NCBI GenBank assembly: GCA_965203905.1
Contig: CBDBDQ010000005.1
Location: 3,840,001-3,904,000, forward strand
Source of the DNA: Spirochaetia bacterium
GTDB lineage: Bacteria; Spirochaetota; Spirochaetia; SZUA-6; Bin103
Direction of reading: 5' to 3'
Length of the DNA stretch: 64,000 nucleotides
The position numbers and the translations under genes are program-made. Below the pieces are notes generated by a model. That model did not search any database. It was not told where the DNA came from and saw nothing but the letters and a program-made list of their open reading frames with translations. Positions 9,851 to 19,839 of the stretch are shown here, piece by piece; the first letter of the stretch is position 1, and every line of letters starts with the position of its first letter.

Positions 9851-10960
9851 GTGCACGCAGCCTCGAAGAAGCAGGACGACGAGGCCCTCTACGTAGCCAG
9901 CCAGTGGCGACTGATGCGGATCAAGTTCGCCAGGCACCGGCTGGCACGGCTAGGCGGGACGGTCGTAGTGCTGTTCTACCTGGTGGCCATCCTGGCGGAG
10001 TTCATTGCTCCCTACGATCCGCGCTGGCGTGATATCGAGAATCTGTCCGTGCCGCCCGCGAGAATCCGCATCGTGGACGAGTCCGGCAAGCTCCGTGCGC
10101 CCTTCGTGTACGCCCCCACGCGGGCGAGAGATCCGGTCACACTGCAGGCGATCTACACGGAGGATAGGAGCCGGCGCTATGCCATCCGCATCTTTGCCCG
10201 CGGCGACTCGTACAAGCTGTGGGGCTTGTTCAGAAGCGACCTCCACCTGTTCGGCGTGGAAGAGAATCTGAGGGCGTACTTCTTGGGAGGCGACGAGCAG
10301 GGGCGGGACTTGCTGTCGCGCATCATGTATGGGACCCGCATCAGCCTGAGCATCGGGTTCGTCGGCGTTGCTTTGAGCTTCGGAATCGGCATCGTGATGG
10401 GGGCGATATCGGGCTATTTCGGCGGCCTTGCCGACGTCATCATTCAGCGGGTGATAGAAGTACTGCTCTCGATTCCCTCGTTACCTCTCTGGATGGCCCT
10501 GAGCGCGGGGATTCCGCTCGACTGGTCGATCTACAAGGTCTTCTTCGCGATCACCTTGATTCTCTCGCTCATCAGCTGGCCGGGACTCGCCCGCGTGGTC
10601 CGTGGGCAGCTACTCTCGCTGCGCAGTGAAGAGTTTGTGATCGCCGCCAAGGTCTCCGGCGCAACCGAAAACCGGGTCATGTTTCGGCATCTCGTTCCTT
10701 CGTTCCTGAGCTACATCATCGCGCTCAGCACGCTGGCGATCCCGGGGATGATTCTTGGCGAGACATCACTCAGTTTCCTGGGCATTGGCCTGCAACCGCC
10801 CGCCATCAGTTACGGAACGTTGTTGAAGGCGGCGCAGAACGTGAAGACGGTGATGGCGGAGCCGTGGCTGCTCATCCCCGGCCTCTTCGTCGTCGTCATC
10901 ATCCTCTCCTTCAATTTCCTGGGCGACGGCTTACGGGACGCCGCGGATCCGTACAAGTAG
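9851..10960 (+). CDS. ABC transporter permease (OppC/DppC-like)
   Basis: GRDLLSR, ETSLSFLG, GDGLRDAADP. Confidence 0.93.
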   Translation: MHAASKKQDDEALYVASQWRLMRIKFARHRLARLGGTVVVLFYLVAILAEFIAPYDPRWRDIENLSVPPARIRIVDESGKLRAPFVYAPTRARDPVTLQAIYTEDRSRRYAIRIFARGDSYKLWGLFRSDLHLFGVEENLRAYFLGGDEQGRDLLSRIMYGTRISLSIGFVGVALSFGIGIVMGAISGYFGGLADVIIQRVIEVLLSIPSLPLWMALSAGIPLDWSIYKVFFAITLILSLISWPGLARVVRGQLLSLRSEEFVIAAKVSGATENRVMFRHLVPSFLSYIIALSTLAIPGMILGETSLSFLGIGLQPPAISYGTLLKAAQNVKTVMAEPWLLIPGLFVVVIILSFNFLGDGLRDAADPYK

Positions 10961-11013
10961 ATTCCGTGGCTGGCCGTGGCGTGTGGCGCGTGTAGCGTGG
11001 TTGCGGACCTCGA

Positions 11014-13488
11014 TCAGGTCACCTCGAGCTCGAGTGTTGCGTTCTCCTCTATGACCAGAGCGGGCGAGAAAGCGATACGAATCTCATCGCCCTCGACTTC
11101 GATCTCGTAGGTGGCAGGCACCGAGACTGCGACCTCAGGCTCCTTGTCCAGGGTAAAGGCCAGGACGAGCTGGGCGAGCTCGAGCTGCCCCTTCGCGAGG
11201 CTGATCCTGAGGCGCTCGCCGTCAGCGTCCGCGGCCAAGGAGAACGTTCCCCAGCAGTGCGGCGTGACGATCGGCGCAGCGACGTTCGTCTGACCGTCCA
11301 AGGGCTTGATCGTGACCGCCTTCTCAACGCCGTCGTAGGAGAAGCCGTGTACGGTCCAGAGCATGTTCCACAGGGCGGCCGCCCGCAGGTAGTAGCCGAA
11401 GAAGGCACGGTGCGGCTTTCCGGTGTCGGCGTTCAGGTAGTCGGGAGTCGACCACAGGGCGCCAGGCATACGGGTCGTGAAGTTGTCGTACATGCGTTCC
11501 ATCACGTCCAGGACCTCCTGTGTGCTTCTCCCTTCGTAGAGTGCGAGCATCAGGAATGTGAAGGTCACCGACGGTTGGATGCCCTGACCGGCGCGGCTGT
11601 CTTCGGTGATGTACCTTCCCCAACCAGGGAGGACCATGTTGGTGATCCCGAAGCGCGTGTCGGTCGCGTTGTATCGAAAGATGGCATCGATCGCTGACTT
11701 GATGTGCTCGGCGGGCAACAGCCGGCCCAGGCCCAACAGGTGGCTGAAGAACTGCCCGTAGAGCTGATCGACGAAGCAGACGTTGAGCTTCTCTCCGCTC
11801 TCGTCACAGCACGAGGCGTAGAATTCGCCGTTCCAGAGCTTCTCCTCGGTGGCGGATCTTGCCCGCTCGAAGAGCGAGGCGCAGTGCTCGGCGGCTGCGT
11901 CATCTCCCACCCGCTCCGCCATCTTCTGCAACGCCTTCAGACTGGCCAGCCACAGAACCGTGGAGAAGATCGGCAAATAGCCCAGGTTCATGAAGTCGTT
12001 GGACGTCTGCGCGTACACGCCATCCGGCAGCGCGTCGCCGTCGCTGTCTCTGCTCGCCTCGTAGTCGCCGGCCTTCTTGGCCGACAGGTAGAGCTCGTGT
12101 AAGAACGCCTCGTCGCCGGTCCACAGGTAGTCGCGGTAGACCTGGAGGATGTACTTGGTCTCGTTGTCGAACAGATTGCGACCGGCGGCGTACGTCACGG
12201 ATGCCCCGCCGCCGATCGACTCGCCCTCGCTTGCCAGTCCCTGCAGCGTCAGCTCCTTCCCCTGGAAGGCGTAGAAGAGCTCGGGGATCTTGCCGTTGGC
12301 GACCTGATGTTGGGCGAATCTGCGAATGATGCTCTTCTCCAGCTCCGGGAACAGCATCGTCACCATCGAGGAGGCGGCATCGCGCACGTGAATCGGATCG
12401 ATGGTGGGGCAGTGAAACGACTCGTACATCGAAAACCTGCCGTCTTCGACCCACCAGCTGGTCTTGGTGAGCAGATAGGCGGCATTGCCGATCATGTCCT
12501 TGAGCCACGCTGGCGAGCTGCCAAAGTAGATCGTGTCGTGCCACTGGCGGGTCCTGTCGACCAGGTAATCGAACCGCTCTCGAAAGTAGACCAGGACGTC
12601 CTGCGCCCCCTCGTACCAGTTCGCGTACTTGTGGCCGACATAGACGCCCGTCCCGTTCTCGTGATGTTCCGGGAAGAACCAGCTCAGGAGGAGCACGATC
12701 TCCTTCTCCCGGTTCGGGTCGAGGGTGGTATTCAAGCAGATCGCGCAGTGATCAGCGGACCAGCTCGGCGACTCAGCCGCGCCCGAGACCGAGCTGACGA
12801 AGCTGTTCTCGAGACGACCGTTCTCGTACAGGGTGGAATACAGGGAGGCGGAGTCGCGGTTGGGGGAGTAGGTCACCGAATCGGCGTCGGCGTCGGCCAG
12901 GAAGCCGGCAGCCATACCGGAGATCGTCCGCGCATACGTACCGGCTTCGGCGTCGGTGATCTCGATGCCATGCAACCCTTCCTTGCTGAAGGGCGAGCAC
13001 GTCTTGCCGAAGGGGTTGTGCATCGCGTAGGCGAAGGCGATCTGGCACGGCTCGCTGGCGTTGTTCTTGACCGTGAGCTTGAAGAACGCCCCCGGCTGGC
13101 CGGAGTTGTCCGAGTCGTGTGGGATGAACGGTGAGAACGCTTCCAGTGAGACATCTACGGGGAGCTGGGTGTCCCGGTAGTGGAGATATGCGATGGGAAA
13201 CTCGCCGCGGTACTCGATCGCCTCGACTCCCCGCAGTCCCGCCGGAGGCTGCTCGAGCAGCGCGCGCGTCGTCCGCTGCTGCCCCACGACGCAATTGAAT
13301 AGAAGAAGGTTGTCCGGCAGACCGTACGAATCGTGGTGTTCCCAGGTTGCCAGCTTGTCTCTGTTGCCCCAGTTGTTGAAGATCTGCCACTGCTCGAGCG
13401 AGCCGTCGGCGCGCAGCTCCACGCTACCGGTTCCCAAGCCACCCAGGGCAACGCCGCCGTACAGTTCTCGGGTCTTCTCTGCAGCCAT
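11014..13488 (-). CDS. GH116 non-lysosomal glucosylceramidase / beta-glucosidase family
   Basis: GVALGGLGTGSV, LEAFSPFIPHD, LWNGEFY, DQLYGQ; GAGGA RBS before ATG 13488. Confidence 0.88.
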   Translation of the reverse strand: MAAEKTRELYGGVALGGLGTGSVELRADGSLEQWQIFNNWGNRDKLATWEHHDSYGLPDNLLLFNCVVGQQRTTRALLEQPPAGLRGVEAIEYRGEFPIAYLHYRDTQLPVDVSLEAFSPFIPHDSDNSGQPGAFFKLTVKNNASEPCQIAFAYAMHNPFGKTCSPFSKEGLHGIEITDAEAGTYARTISGMAAGFLADADADSVTYSPNRDSASLYSTLYENGRLENSFVSSVSGAAESPSWSADHCAICLNTTLDPNREKEIVLLLSWFFPEHHENGTGVYVGHKYANWYEGAQDVLVYFRERFDYLVDRTRQWHDTIYFGSSPAWLKDMIGNAAYLLTKTSWWVEDGRFSMYESFHCPTIDPIHVRDAASSMVTMLFPELEKSIIRRFAQHQVANGKIPELFYAFQGKELTLQGLASEGESIGGGASVTYAAGRNLFDNETKYILQVYRDYLWTGDEAFLHELYLSAKKAGDYEASRDSDGDALPDGVYAQTSNDFMNLGYLPIFSTVLWLASLKALQKMAERVGDDAAAEHCASLFERARSATEEKLWNGEFYASCCDESGEKLNVCFVDQLYGQFFSHLLGLGRLLPAEHIKSAIDAIFRYNATDTRFGITNMVLPGWGRYITEDSRAGQGIQPSVTFTFLMLALYEGRSTQEVLDVMERMYDNFTTRMPGALWSTPDYLNADTGKPHRAFFGYYLRAAALWNMLWTVHGFSYDGVEKAVTIKPLDGQTNVAAPIVTPHCWGTFSLAADADGERLRISLAKGQLELAQLVLAFTLDKEPEVAVSVPATYEIEVEGDEIRIAFSPALVIEENATLELEVT

Positions 13489-13502
13489 CTGTTCCTCCTC
13501 GC

Positions 13503-14135
13503 TCAGGCCGGTAGCGCGCTCCGCTCCAGGCATCGGTAGCCCGAGTAGGCCTCCATGCCCTGGTCGATGGTGATGTAGGAGAGGATCTCGCCACTGCGGC
13601 CAGGCTCGGCTGCCACGTTGCTCCGCAGTGCCAGGTTCAACCCCAGCACCCCCCACTCCTGCAGGGAGAGCGAGCTGCGCCGGTTAGCTGCCGAGACCAG
13701 CACGATCGCTTCTTTGGTGCGTTCATTCACGGCCTGCAGCCAGTTCTCCTCCGGCTCGATCCGCGGCCAGTCGGAGAGCCGTCTCCTCGTCAACACGCTC
13801 CCTCCCAGCCGGAAGCAGGCCAAAGTCTCCTCCAGAACGCCGCCCGCCTGCACGGATGCACGTTGATAGATTGACGTGCAGGCAGTGCTCGGCGTGATGG
13901 CGCCCGATGGTGCAGGTACCGACGACCTTACCGTTTACGGTGAGCAGCAGGTATTCCAGCAGGTCGTTGTGCAGCGCGTCCTTCAGCACGTACTCGGCGG
14001 TGTACGGGATGAACAGCTCCTGGTTCCATCCCTCCTCACTCTCGTTCCACACCTGTGCCACTGCGGCCGCGTCCTGCTGCTCGAACGAGCGGATGGCGAT
14101 CGTGTCGCCGGCTCCGCCTCTGGCCGCGCCCTCAG
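13503..14135 (-). pseudogene. Large GNAT-family acetyltransferase remnant, frameshifted and internally deleted
   Basis: IRSFEQQDAAAVAQVWNESEEGW...VVGTC...HVNL, frameshift, NVHP, then a jump to unrelated C-terminal sequence; no clear start. Confidence 0.55.
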
Positions 14136-16252
14136 ACTTCGATGATCTCGTAACCGGCCTCGTCTTTCTGCAGCGACACGTGAAAGCTCTCATGGCCGTG
14201 ACGGTAGCCGAGCACTTCACGATCGATCTCGACGACGGTCCGCACCTGCTCCGTGGCGTAGTACACAACGGTCATCCCCCGGTCGCCCACATAGACTCGC
14301 GCCACGAGACTCGGGTCGCCGACCCGGAGACCCACCGTATCCCGGAAACCCTGCGGGTATCCGGGGGCGGCACTGTCGCGCAGCTCTTTGCGGATCCGCA
14401 CGTACTGCGAGATCGCTTCATCGAGCTCGGGTGGCCAGCGTTCGCTGACCTGGAACCCGAAGTATCCCCCCGCTACGTACGACTTGACCAGACACTCGTT
14501 CACGTCGCGGACCTTCCAATCCAGCTTGAACGCGGTGTACGCACACGGCATCTCGGGGAAGGTGTAGCGCACGATCTCCATCGTTCGGAGTGCCCCGGGC
14601 TCGTCGGGATGGCCTTCGACGTTACCGGCCCACATGTCCACGTTGCGGGTGGGCAGGTCACCCGAGCACTCCGACCAGAGAAACGCCTTGCGGTTCTGGA
14701 AGCCCTCGCGAAACGCCTTGATCTGCATGTCCGTCCCACGCGAGAACGAGCCGAGCATCTTCACCGTGTCGGTGCCGTGCACGTGGTCGGGATTGGTGCA
14801 GACCAGGTGGGCTATCGGCCCCTGGTCCAGCAACACGCCACTGACATCCACCGAGTCGAATCCCGGAATGTAGCTGTGCTTCCAGAGATTCTGCCACTCC
14901 TCCTGCTCCACGCAGGCGACGTGGCCGATGTCATTCCAATAGACGTTCTGGTGATCGTAGTCGGTCTCTGCCTGCGGCACGTAGTCGACCGCCTTGGGAT
15001 GGTTGTAGAAGAGGTGGGTCAGCAGCATCACCGACTCCACGCCCATGGCGCGAATGTCGGCAACCGCCTGCTTGAACGCAGCAATTGCCGCATTGGCGTT
15101 CTCCCTGCCGCGGGGAAAGTGGTCGGGGAAGTAGAGCGGCGCTTTCTGCCAGAACGCCAGTATCGAGACCATGAGGTTCTCCGGCGCAACACCGGACTTC
15201 TCGATTGCCCGCTGCACCGCGGGCGGAACGGACTGGAATCCCTCCGGGCCTTCCTCCTTGGCGTATACGGTCTGGAAGACGGTGAGATCGATCCGCTTGG
15301 CCTCCTCGTGTACGTCCTGCCAGCGGGTGAAGTCGCCGGTGAATGCCCGCTGGTACTCATGGCGATAGATGTCCGCCATGCGGTGCCAATCGCCCGGGTG
15401 GGGGGCGAGAATCCACGGGTCGGTGCTGAAGCTCTCACCCGGGCGGATCGGATAGGCGCCACCGATCGTGGCAACCTTCTCGGTGGTCCTGGTGTGAAAC
15501 AGATTCAGCAGCTGCCAGTTGAAGGCGAATCCGTCCTCCCTGGGAGGTGTCAGACTGTTGGGGATGAGCGGATGCGCCTGGGCGTTGAAGTACATCATCA
15601 ACTGCTGCTTGTTGATGTAGCCGATGCCGATGCCGCCGTCGTCGCAGTAGAGGTCCATCCACCCCGCGGTCATGTTGCCCTGGTTGCCGTAGGTCGGATA
15701 GCCGAAGGTATCGCGCTCCGCAAAGGAGCTGCAGGGGTTGTCCCAGATCGTGCCCATCGACCAGTCCGGCACCGCGAAGTGCTCCTTCGCTCTCTCCGCG
15801 CCGGCGTGCAGCGCGCCCCAACCGGAGAAGATGTTGGTGATGTCGTACTTGCCGTGGTTCTCCACGTCGGCGGCGATGAGAAAGTAGTCCGCGCCGTCGT
15901 TCACAGAGATATGCACGGTAAGCTTGATCCCCGAGGCCGCCCCGCCGGTGGTGAGCATATTGTCGTAGGTCATGCGCAGGGTGGCGGCGCCATCCGTCGA
16001 GGTGACCTCGTAGCTCATCGTCTGGTCGGCGCAGTCGTCGGAGGCGTCGATCTGCACGCGCAGCAGGTCCGGGGAGTACCCGTCTCCCATGCGCAAGCCG
16101 AAGGGCCAGATACCCGACGCGTCGGACTTGTGGTGGAGACCCGTCTCCTTGCTGAAGATGTCCCGGATGTAGCCGGTTCTGCTGTCGAGCTTCAGCTCAA
16201 CCTTGTCGTTGCCAATGCTCAGGTGCGAAGGTTCAGCGTATGACTTCGACAT
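14132..16252 (-). CDS. Large hypothetical protein, probable glycoside hydrolase (DUF6259-like)
   Basis: N-terminal beta-sandwich, GDWHRMADIYR, GVLLDQ, LWSEC; co-oriented with GH116. Confidence 0.6.
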   Translation of the reverse strand: MSKSYAEPSHLSIGNDKVELKLDSRTGYIRDIFSKETGLHHKSDASGIWPFGLRMGDGYSPDLLRVQIDASDDCADQTMSYEVTSTDGAATLRMTYDNMLTTGGAASGIKLTVHISVNDGADYFLIAADVENHGKYDITNIFSGWGALHAGAERAKEHFAVPDWSMGTIWDNPCSSFAERDTFGYPTYGNQGNMTAGWMDLYCDDGGIGIGYINKQQLMMYFNAQAHPLIPNSLTPPREDGFAFNWQLLNLFHTRTTEKVATIGGAYPIRPGESFSTDPWILAPHPGDWHRMADIYRHEYQRAFTGDFTRWQDVHEEAKRIDLTVFQTVYAKEEGPEGFQSVPPAVQRAIEKSGVAPENLMVSILAFWQKAPLYFPDHFPRGRENANAAIAAFKQAVADIRAMGVESVMLLTHLFYNHPKAVDYVPQAETDYDHQNVYWNDIGHVACVEQEEWQNLWKHSYIPGFDSVDVSGVLLDQGPIAHLVCTNPDHVHGTDTVKMLGSFSRGTDMQIKAFREGFQNRKAFLWSECSGDLPTRNVDMWAGNVEGHPDEPGALRTMEIVRYTFPEMPCAYTAFKLDWKVRDVNECLVKSYVAGGYFGFQVSERWPPELDEAISQYVRIRKELRDSAAPGYPQGFRDTVGLRVGDPSLVARVYVGDRGMTVVYYATEQVRTVVEIDREVLGYRHGHESFHVSLQKDEAGYEIIEV

Positions 16253-16591
16253 CACACCCAGCCCTCTTCGGCGGCCGCGCGGCGATTCTCGCGCCGCGGT
16301 GCTCCTCACTCGGCATGTACGTACCCCCGTGATCGCTCGTCTTCACGCCACCCTGTTCCTCATGCAAACGCTTCGGTTGAGGTCGTAGCGCGCTGCAGAG
16401 TATGCACTCGAGCGTACTCCGAGACGCAGGGTGCGTCGAGCGTGTGTCAGAGTGGGCCGAAACTGCACGAACGTGGCGGGTGAGGTTGCTCACTCGGATG
16501 GGTCGCGTGAGAGCGGATCGTCGCGCGGACGGCGAGCGCATTGCTCCACGACCGGCGGCAGTGTTCAATGGCGCGAGGCGTTGGAGGTGAC

Positions 16592-17584
16592 ATGACGATA
16601 GCGGAACGCTTGCAGGCGGGCGAACGGCTCGTCTTGGACGGGGGCACCGGATCCGAGCTGCAGAGACGCGGCGTCGATGTCCTGGAGCAGGTGGAAGTCA
16701 GTCTCAAGGCCTGGTCGGCCACCGCCAACCTCACCAGTGCCGACGTGGTGCAACAGGTACACCAGGACTACCTGCGGGTTGGCGCAGACATCATCACCAG
16801 CAACAACTTCTGGACCAGTCCGACCCGGCTCGCCACCGTCGGTCTGAGCGACCGCTGGCGCGAGTATGCCACCGCCGCGGCGGAGACGGCGTTGCGCGCC
16901 CGCGACGCGGCAGCGCCCGAACGTCCACACGGCGGGCCGTATGTCGCCGGAGGCATCGCGGCGCCGGCGCTGCAAGACCGCGAACGTGGTGACCTGGCCT
17001 CCGATGTGCAGCGCCTGGGCCGGCAGGCGTTCAGCGAGGAGCTGGCGGTGCATGCCCAACTGCTCGCCGACATCGGCGTGGACTGCATCCTGGCCGAGTA
17101 CCTCGGGTACGTGGACGAGTGCGTAGCCGCGTACGACGGGTGTGCGGCATGCGGACTACCCGTCTTTCTGGGAGTGCGACACATCGACCGCAGCGGCGCG
17201 ATGCAGTATGGCGAGTCGTTTGCCGACCTGGTCAGCGCGCTTGGCAACCGTCGTGTTGCCGGCATCCTGCTGATGTGCAGCAATCCGGAGGCGGTGTCGG
17301 CCGGCCTGCCGCTGCTGCGCGCCGCGTACGACGGCGTCATCGGCTGCTACCCCAATCTCGGCTACAACCCAACCGGCCCGGTCGCCAATCGCCCCACCTT
17401 GACGAATCAGCTGCCGAGCGCGGGGCCGGACATCATCCAGGCTGCGGCCTACAGCCCCTCGCGGCTCGCCGAGCTCGCCGCCGGCTGGAAGGCGATCGGC
17501 GCGCAGATCATCGGCGGCTGCTGCGCGTCCGGACCGGAGCACATCGCCGCGATTCGCCGCGTCGTCTCCGACACCGACCGCTGA
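16592..17584 (+). CDS. Homocysteine S-methyltransferase family protein
   Basis: LDGGTGSEL, GADII, MCS and IIGGCC Zn ligands; GGAGG RBS. Confidence 0.9.
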   Translation: MTIAERLQAGERLVLDGGTGSELQRRGVDVLEQVEVSLKAWSATANLTSADVVQQVHQDYLRVGADIITSNNFWTSPTRLATVGLSDRWREYATAAAETALRARDAAAPERPHGGPYVAGGIAAPALQDRERGDLASDVQRLGRQAFSEELAVHAQLLADIGVDCILAEYLGYVDECVAAYDGCAACGLPVFLGVRHIDRSGAMQYGESFADLVSALGNRRVAGILLMCSNPEAVSAGLPLLRAAYDGVIGCYPNLGYNPTGPVANRPTLTNQLPSAGPDIIQAAAYSPSRLAELAAGWKAIGAQIIGGCCASGPEHIAAIRRVVSDTDR

Positions 17585-17586
17585 TG

Positions 17587-18050
17587 GGCGCCGAGGGAGG
17601 AGCCGGCCCCCCCGGAGCCCGCAGCCGAGTCAGCTCGTGGCGCAGCTATCCACCAGCCGGCATCAACTTCAGGCAGGCGGGCTCGGGCACGTCGGCTACG
17701 TGGCCGGTCGCATCCAGCTCCCCAGTTCGTTGATCCACCTTGAACGGTACGACGGTGTCCGAATCCAGATTCGCGACCAGCAACAGCTCGCCCGATGGAT
17801 CGATGACGAAGTTCTGCGCCGTCTTGCCACGGCTCGGCTCGTTGCCGACGTAGGTGAGCGTGCCGTCGCCCGGGTTGATCGCGAATGTGACGATGCTGTC
17901 GTGGCCTCGGTTGGAACCGTAAACGAAGCCACCTGATGGCGAGACGTGTATGTCGGCGCAGTGGTTGGCACCCGAGAACCCCTCGCGAAGCGTCGACACG
18001 GTCTGCAGCTCGGTCAGCCGACCCGAGCCCTGGTCGTAGCCGTAGGCAGT
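17587..18050. repeat. Copy B of inverted duplication (partner 5399-5863)
   Basis: Direct base-by-base comparison. Confidence 0.97.
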
Positions 18051-18734
18051 GATCGTCGAGCTCAGCTCGTTGATCACGTACACGTGCTGTCCGCCGGGAT
18101 GAAAATCCAGATGCCGCGGGCCGGCACCAGGCGCCGTTCGAACGGGCGCCACATCGGCCTGCTGTAGCCTTCCCTGTGCAGCGTCCAGCTCGTACAACAG
18201 GATCTGGTCGAGCCCGAGGTCGGCGACGAGCGCGTGCCGGTTGGCGCCGTCCAGGGTGATGGAGTGGGCATGTGGCCCCTCCTGACGTTCCGCGTCCACG
18301 CTCCTCCCCTCGTGCTGAAAGAAATCCGACGGCTCCCCCAGCGATCCATCGGCGCCGATCGGTAGCGCGGCGACGCTCCCGCTGCCGTAGTTCGCCACCA
18401 GCAGCGTGCGTCCGGAGGCGTCGACGCACAGGTGGCAGGCACCATCGCCGCGCGTGGACTGACGATTCAGGAACGTGAGCCCACCAGTCGCAGCGTCGAT
18501 GGAGAATGCGCTCACCGTTCCGGCGGGATCGCCCGCGGGACCGTATGCCTCGGTGACGGCGTAGAGGCAGCGATTCGCCGGGTCGAGCGCAAGGAACATC
18601 GGGTCCTGGACGGGAGCCGGTGGCGCCGCCGATCGCAGGACTCCCTCGCTGCTGTTCATTCGGTAGACATAGACACCTTCACTCTTGCCGCGGGTGTAGG
18701 TGCCGACGAACACAAAGAACTCACCTGCCGCCAT
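17646..18734 (-). CDS. pgl: Lactonase family beta-propeller (6-phosphogluconolactonase-like)
   Basis: VGTYT, VANYGSG, RQEGPHAH, GAGPRH, YGSNRGHDSI. Confidence 0.9.
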   Translation of the reverse strand: MAAGEFFVFVGTYTRGKSEGVYVYRMNSSEGVLRSAAPPAPVQDPMFLALDPANRCLYAVTEAYGPAGDPAGTVSAFSIDAATGGLTFLNRQSTRGDGACHLCVDASGRTLLVANYGSGSVAALPIGADGSLGEPSDFFQHEGRSVDAERQEGPHAHSITLDGANRHALVADLGLDQILLYELDAAQGRLQQADVAPVRTAPGAGPRHLDFHPGGQHVYVINELSSTITAYGYDQGSGRLTELQTVSTLREGFSGANHCADIHVSPSGGFVYGSNRGHDSIVTFAINPGDGTLTYVGNEPSRGKTAQNFVIDPSGELLLVANLDSDTVVPFKVDQRTGELDATGHVADVPEPACLKLMPAGG

Positions 18735-18905
18735 TCCGTGCTCCTGCCGCCATCGCGTGCTCCTTCCGCATTGCGTGATCGAGTGTCACCGCGACGCCAC
18801 CAAAACCAACCCTCGAACTTGCGCCGCGCAATCGTGCATCTGTATCATGCCGCGAATGTGTCCGGTGAGCGAGTCGCTCACTCGACGATTGACAGGGAGG
18901 GGCAC

Positions 18906-19694
18906 GTGGGACTGCTCGAAGGTAAGAAGGCTCTCATAACCGGCTCCCGCCGCGGCATCGGCGCCGGCATCGCCGTTGCGTTCGCCGAGCACGGAGCCGA
19001 CGTCGGGATCAACGACCTCGAACGGGACACCGAAGCTGACCGGACCATCGAGCGTGTCGAGGAGCTGGGCCGCAAAGCGTCGTGGCACCTTGCAGACATC
19101 GGCAGCGCCGGCGACCGGACTCGCATGTTCGACGAGTTCATCGCCGAGCACGGCCGAATAGACGTGCTGGTAAACAATGCCGTCGCCGTTGCGGGCGAAG
19201 ACAAGCGGTTTCTCGATATTACGGAAGAGTCCTGGGAAGGCCTTGTGGGTCATGCGCTGAAGGGCTACCTGTTCTGCTCCCAGCGGGCCGCGCGCGAGAT
19301 GATCAGCCAAGGTGACGGCGGCAGCATCATCTCGATCAGCAGCGTGCACAGCTACCGCGCATGGCCCGGCGACACGGTGTACGGCGTCGTCAAAGCCGGC
19401 CTGAACCGCATGGCACTGAGCATGGCACTCGACCTCGCCGGCAACCGAATCAGAGCCAACTGCATCGCCCCCGGCTACATCGACTCCCGGGTCCTGACTC
19501 CAGAGGAAGAGCCCGACCGCGGCAAACACGCCGAATACGCCCTGCCGCAGATACCGAGCCGCCGCGGCGGCGTGCCGCGCGACATCGCCGGAGCGGCCAT
19601 ATTCCTCGCCTCGGACCTGGGCGATTACGTCAATGGCCAGACCATCACGGTCGACGGCGGGCTGCTCGTCGGAGGCACGCCGAGCGAGTCGTAG
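18906..19694 (+). CDS. SDR family oxidoreductase (glucose 1-dehydrogenase-like)
   Basis: TGSRRGIG, NNA, YGVVK, VDGG; GGAGG RBS. Confidence 0.92.
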   Translation: MGLLEGKKALITGSRRGIGAGIAVAFAEHGADVGINDLERDTEADRTIERVEELGRKASWHLADIGSAGDRTRMFDEFIAEHGRIDVLVNNAVAVAGEDKRFLDITEESWEGLVGHALKGYLFCSQRAAREMISQGDGGSIISISSVHSYRAWPGDTVYGVVKAGLNRMALSMALDLAGNRIRANCIAPGYIDSRVLTPEEEPDRGKHAEYALPQIPSRRGGVPRDIAGAAIFLASDLGDYVNGQTITVDGGLLVGGTPSES

Positions 19695-19839
19695 TCGCCT
19701 GCGCGACTGCTTGCCTCGTGTGGCCCCGCCCGTAAAGATCGTGGTGGGGCGATGGGGGCGCACTGGCGCCGACCAGCGTTGCGCCGGCACACCACCTACG
19801 GCACCGAGCCGCTCGTGCTCGCACGCCGCTCCTTGTCGC

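Noticed and set aside
10965-11005. GTGGC-like repeats between convergent genes
   Set aside because: Degenerate low-complexity sequence
13907-16243. 778-aa plus-strand ORF
   Set aside because: Antisense shadow of the 14132-16252 gene; expected in high-GC DNA, no motifs
16361-16377. LacI-like operator TGCAAACGCTTC
   Set aside because: Only a half-symmetric match and no LacI gene in the window
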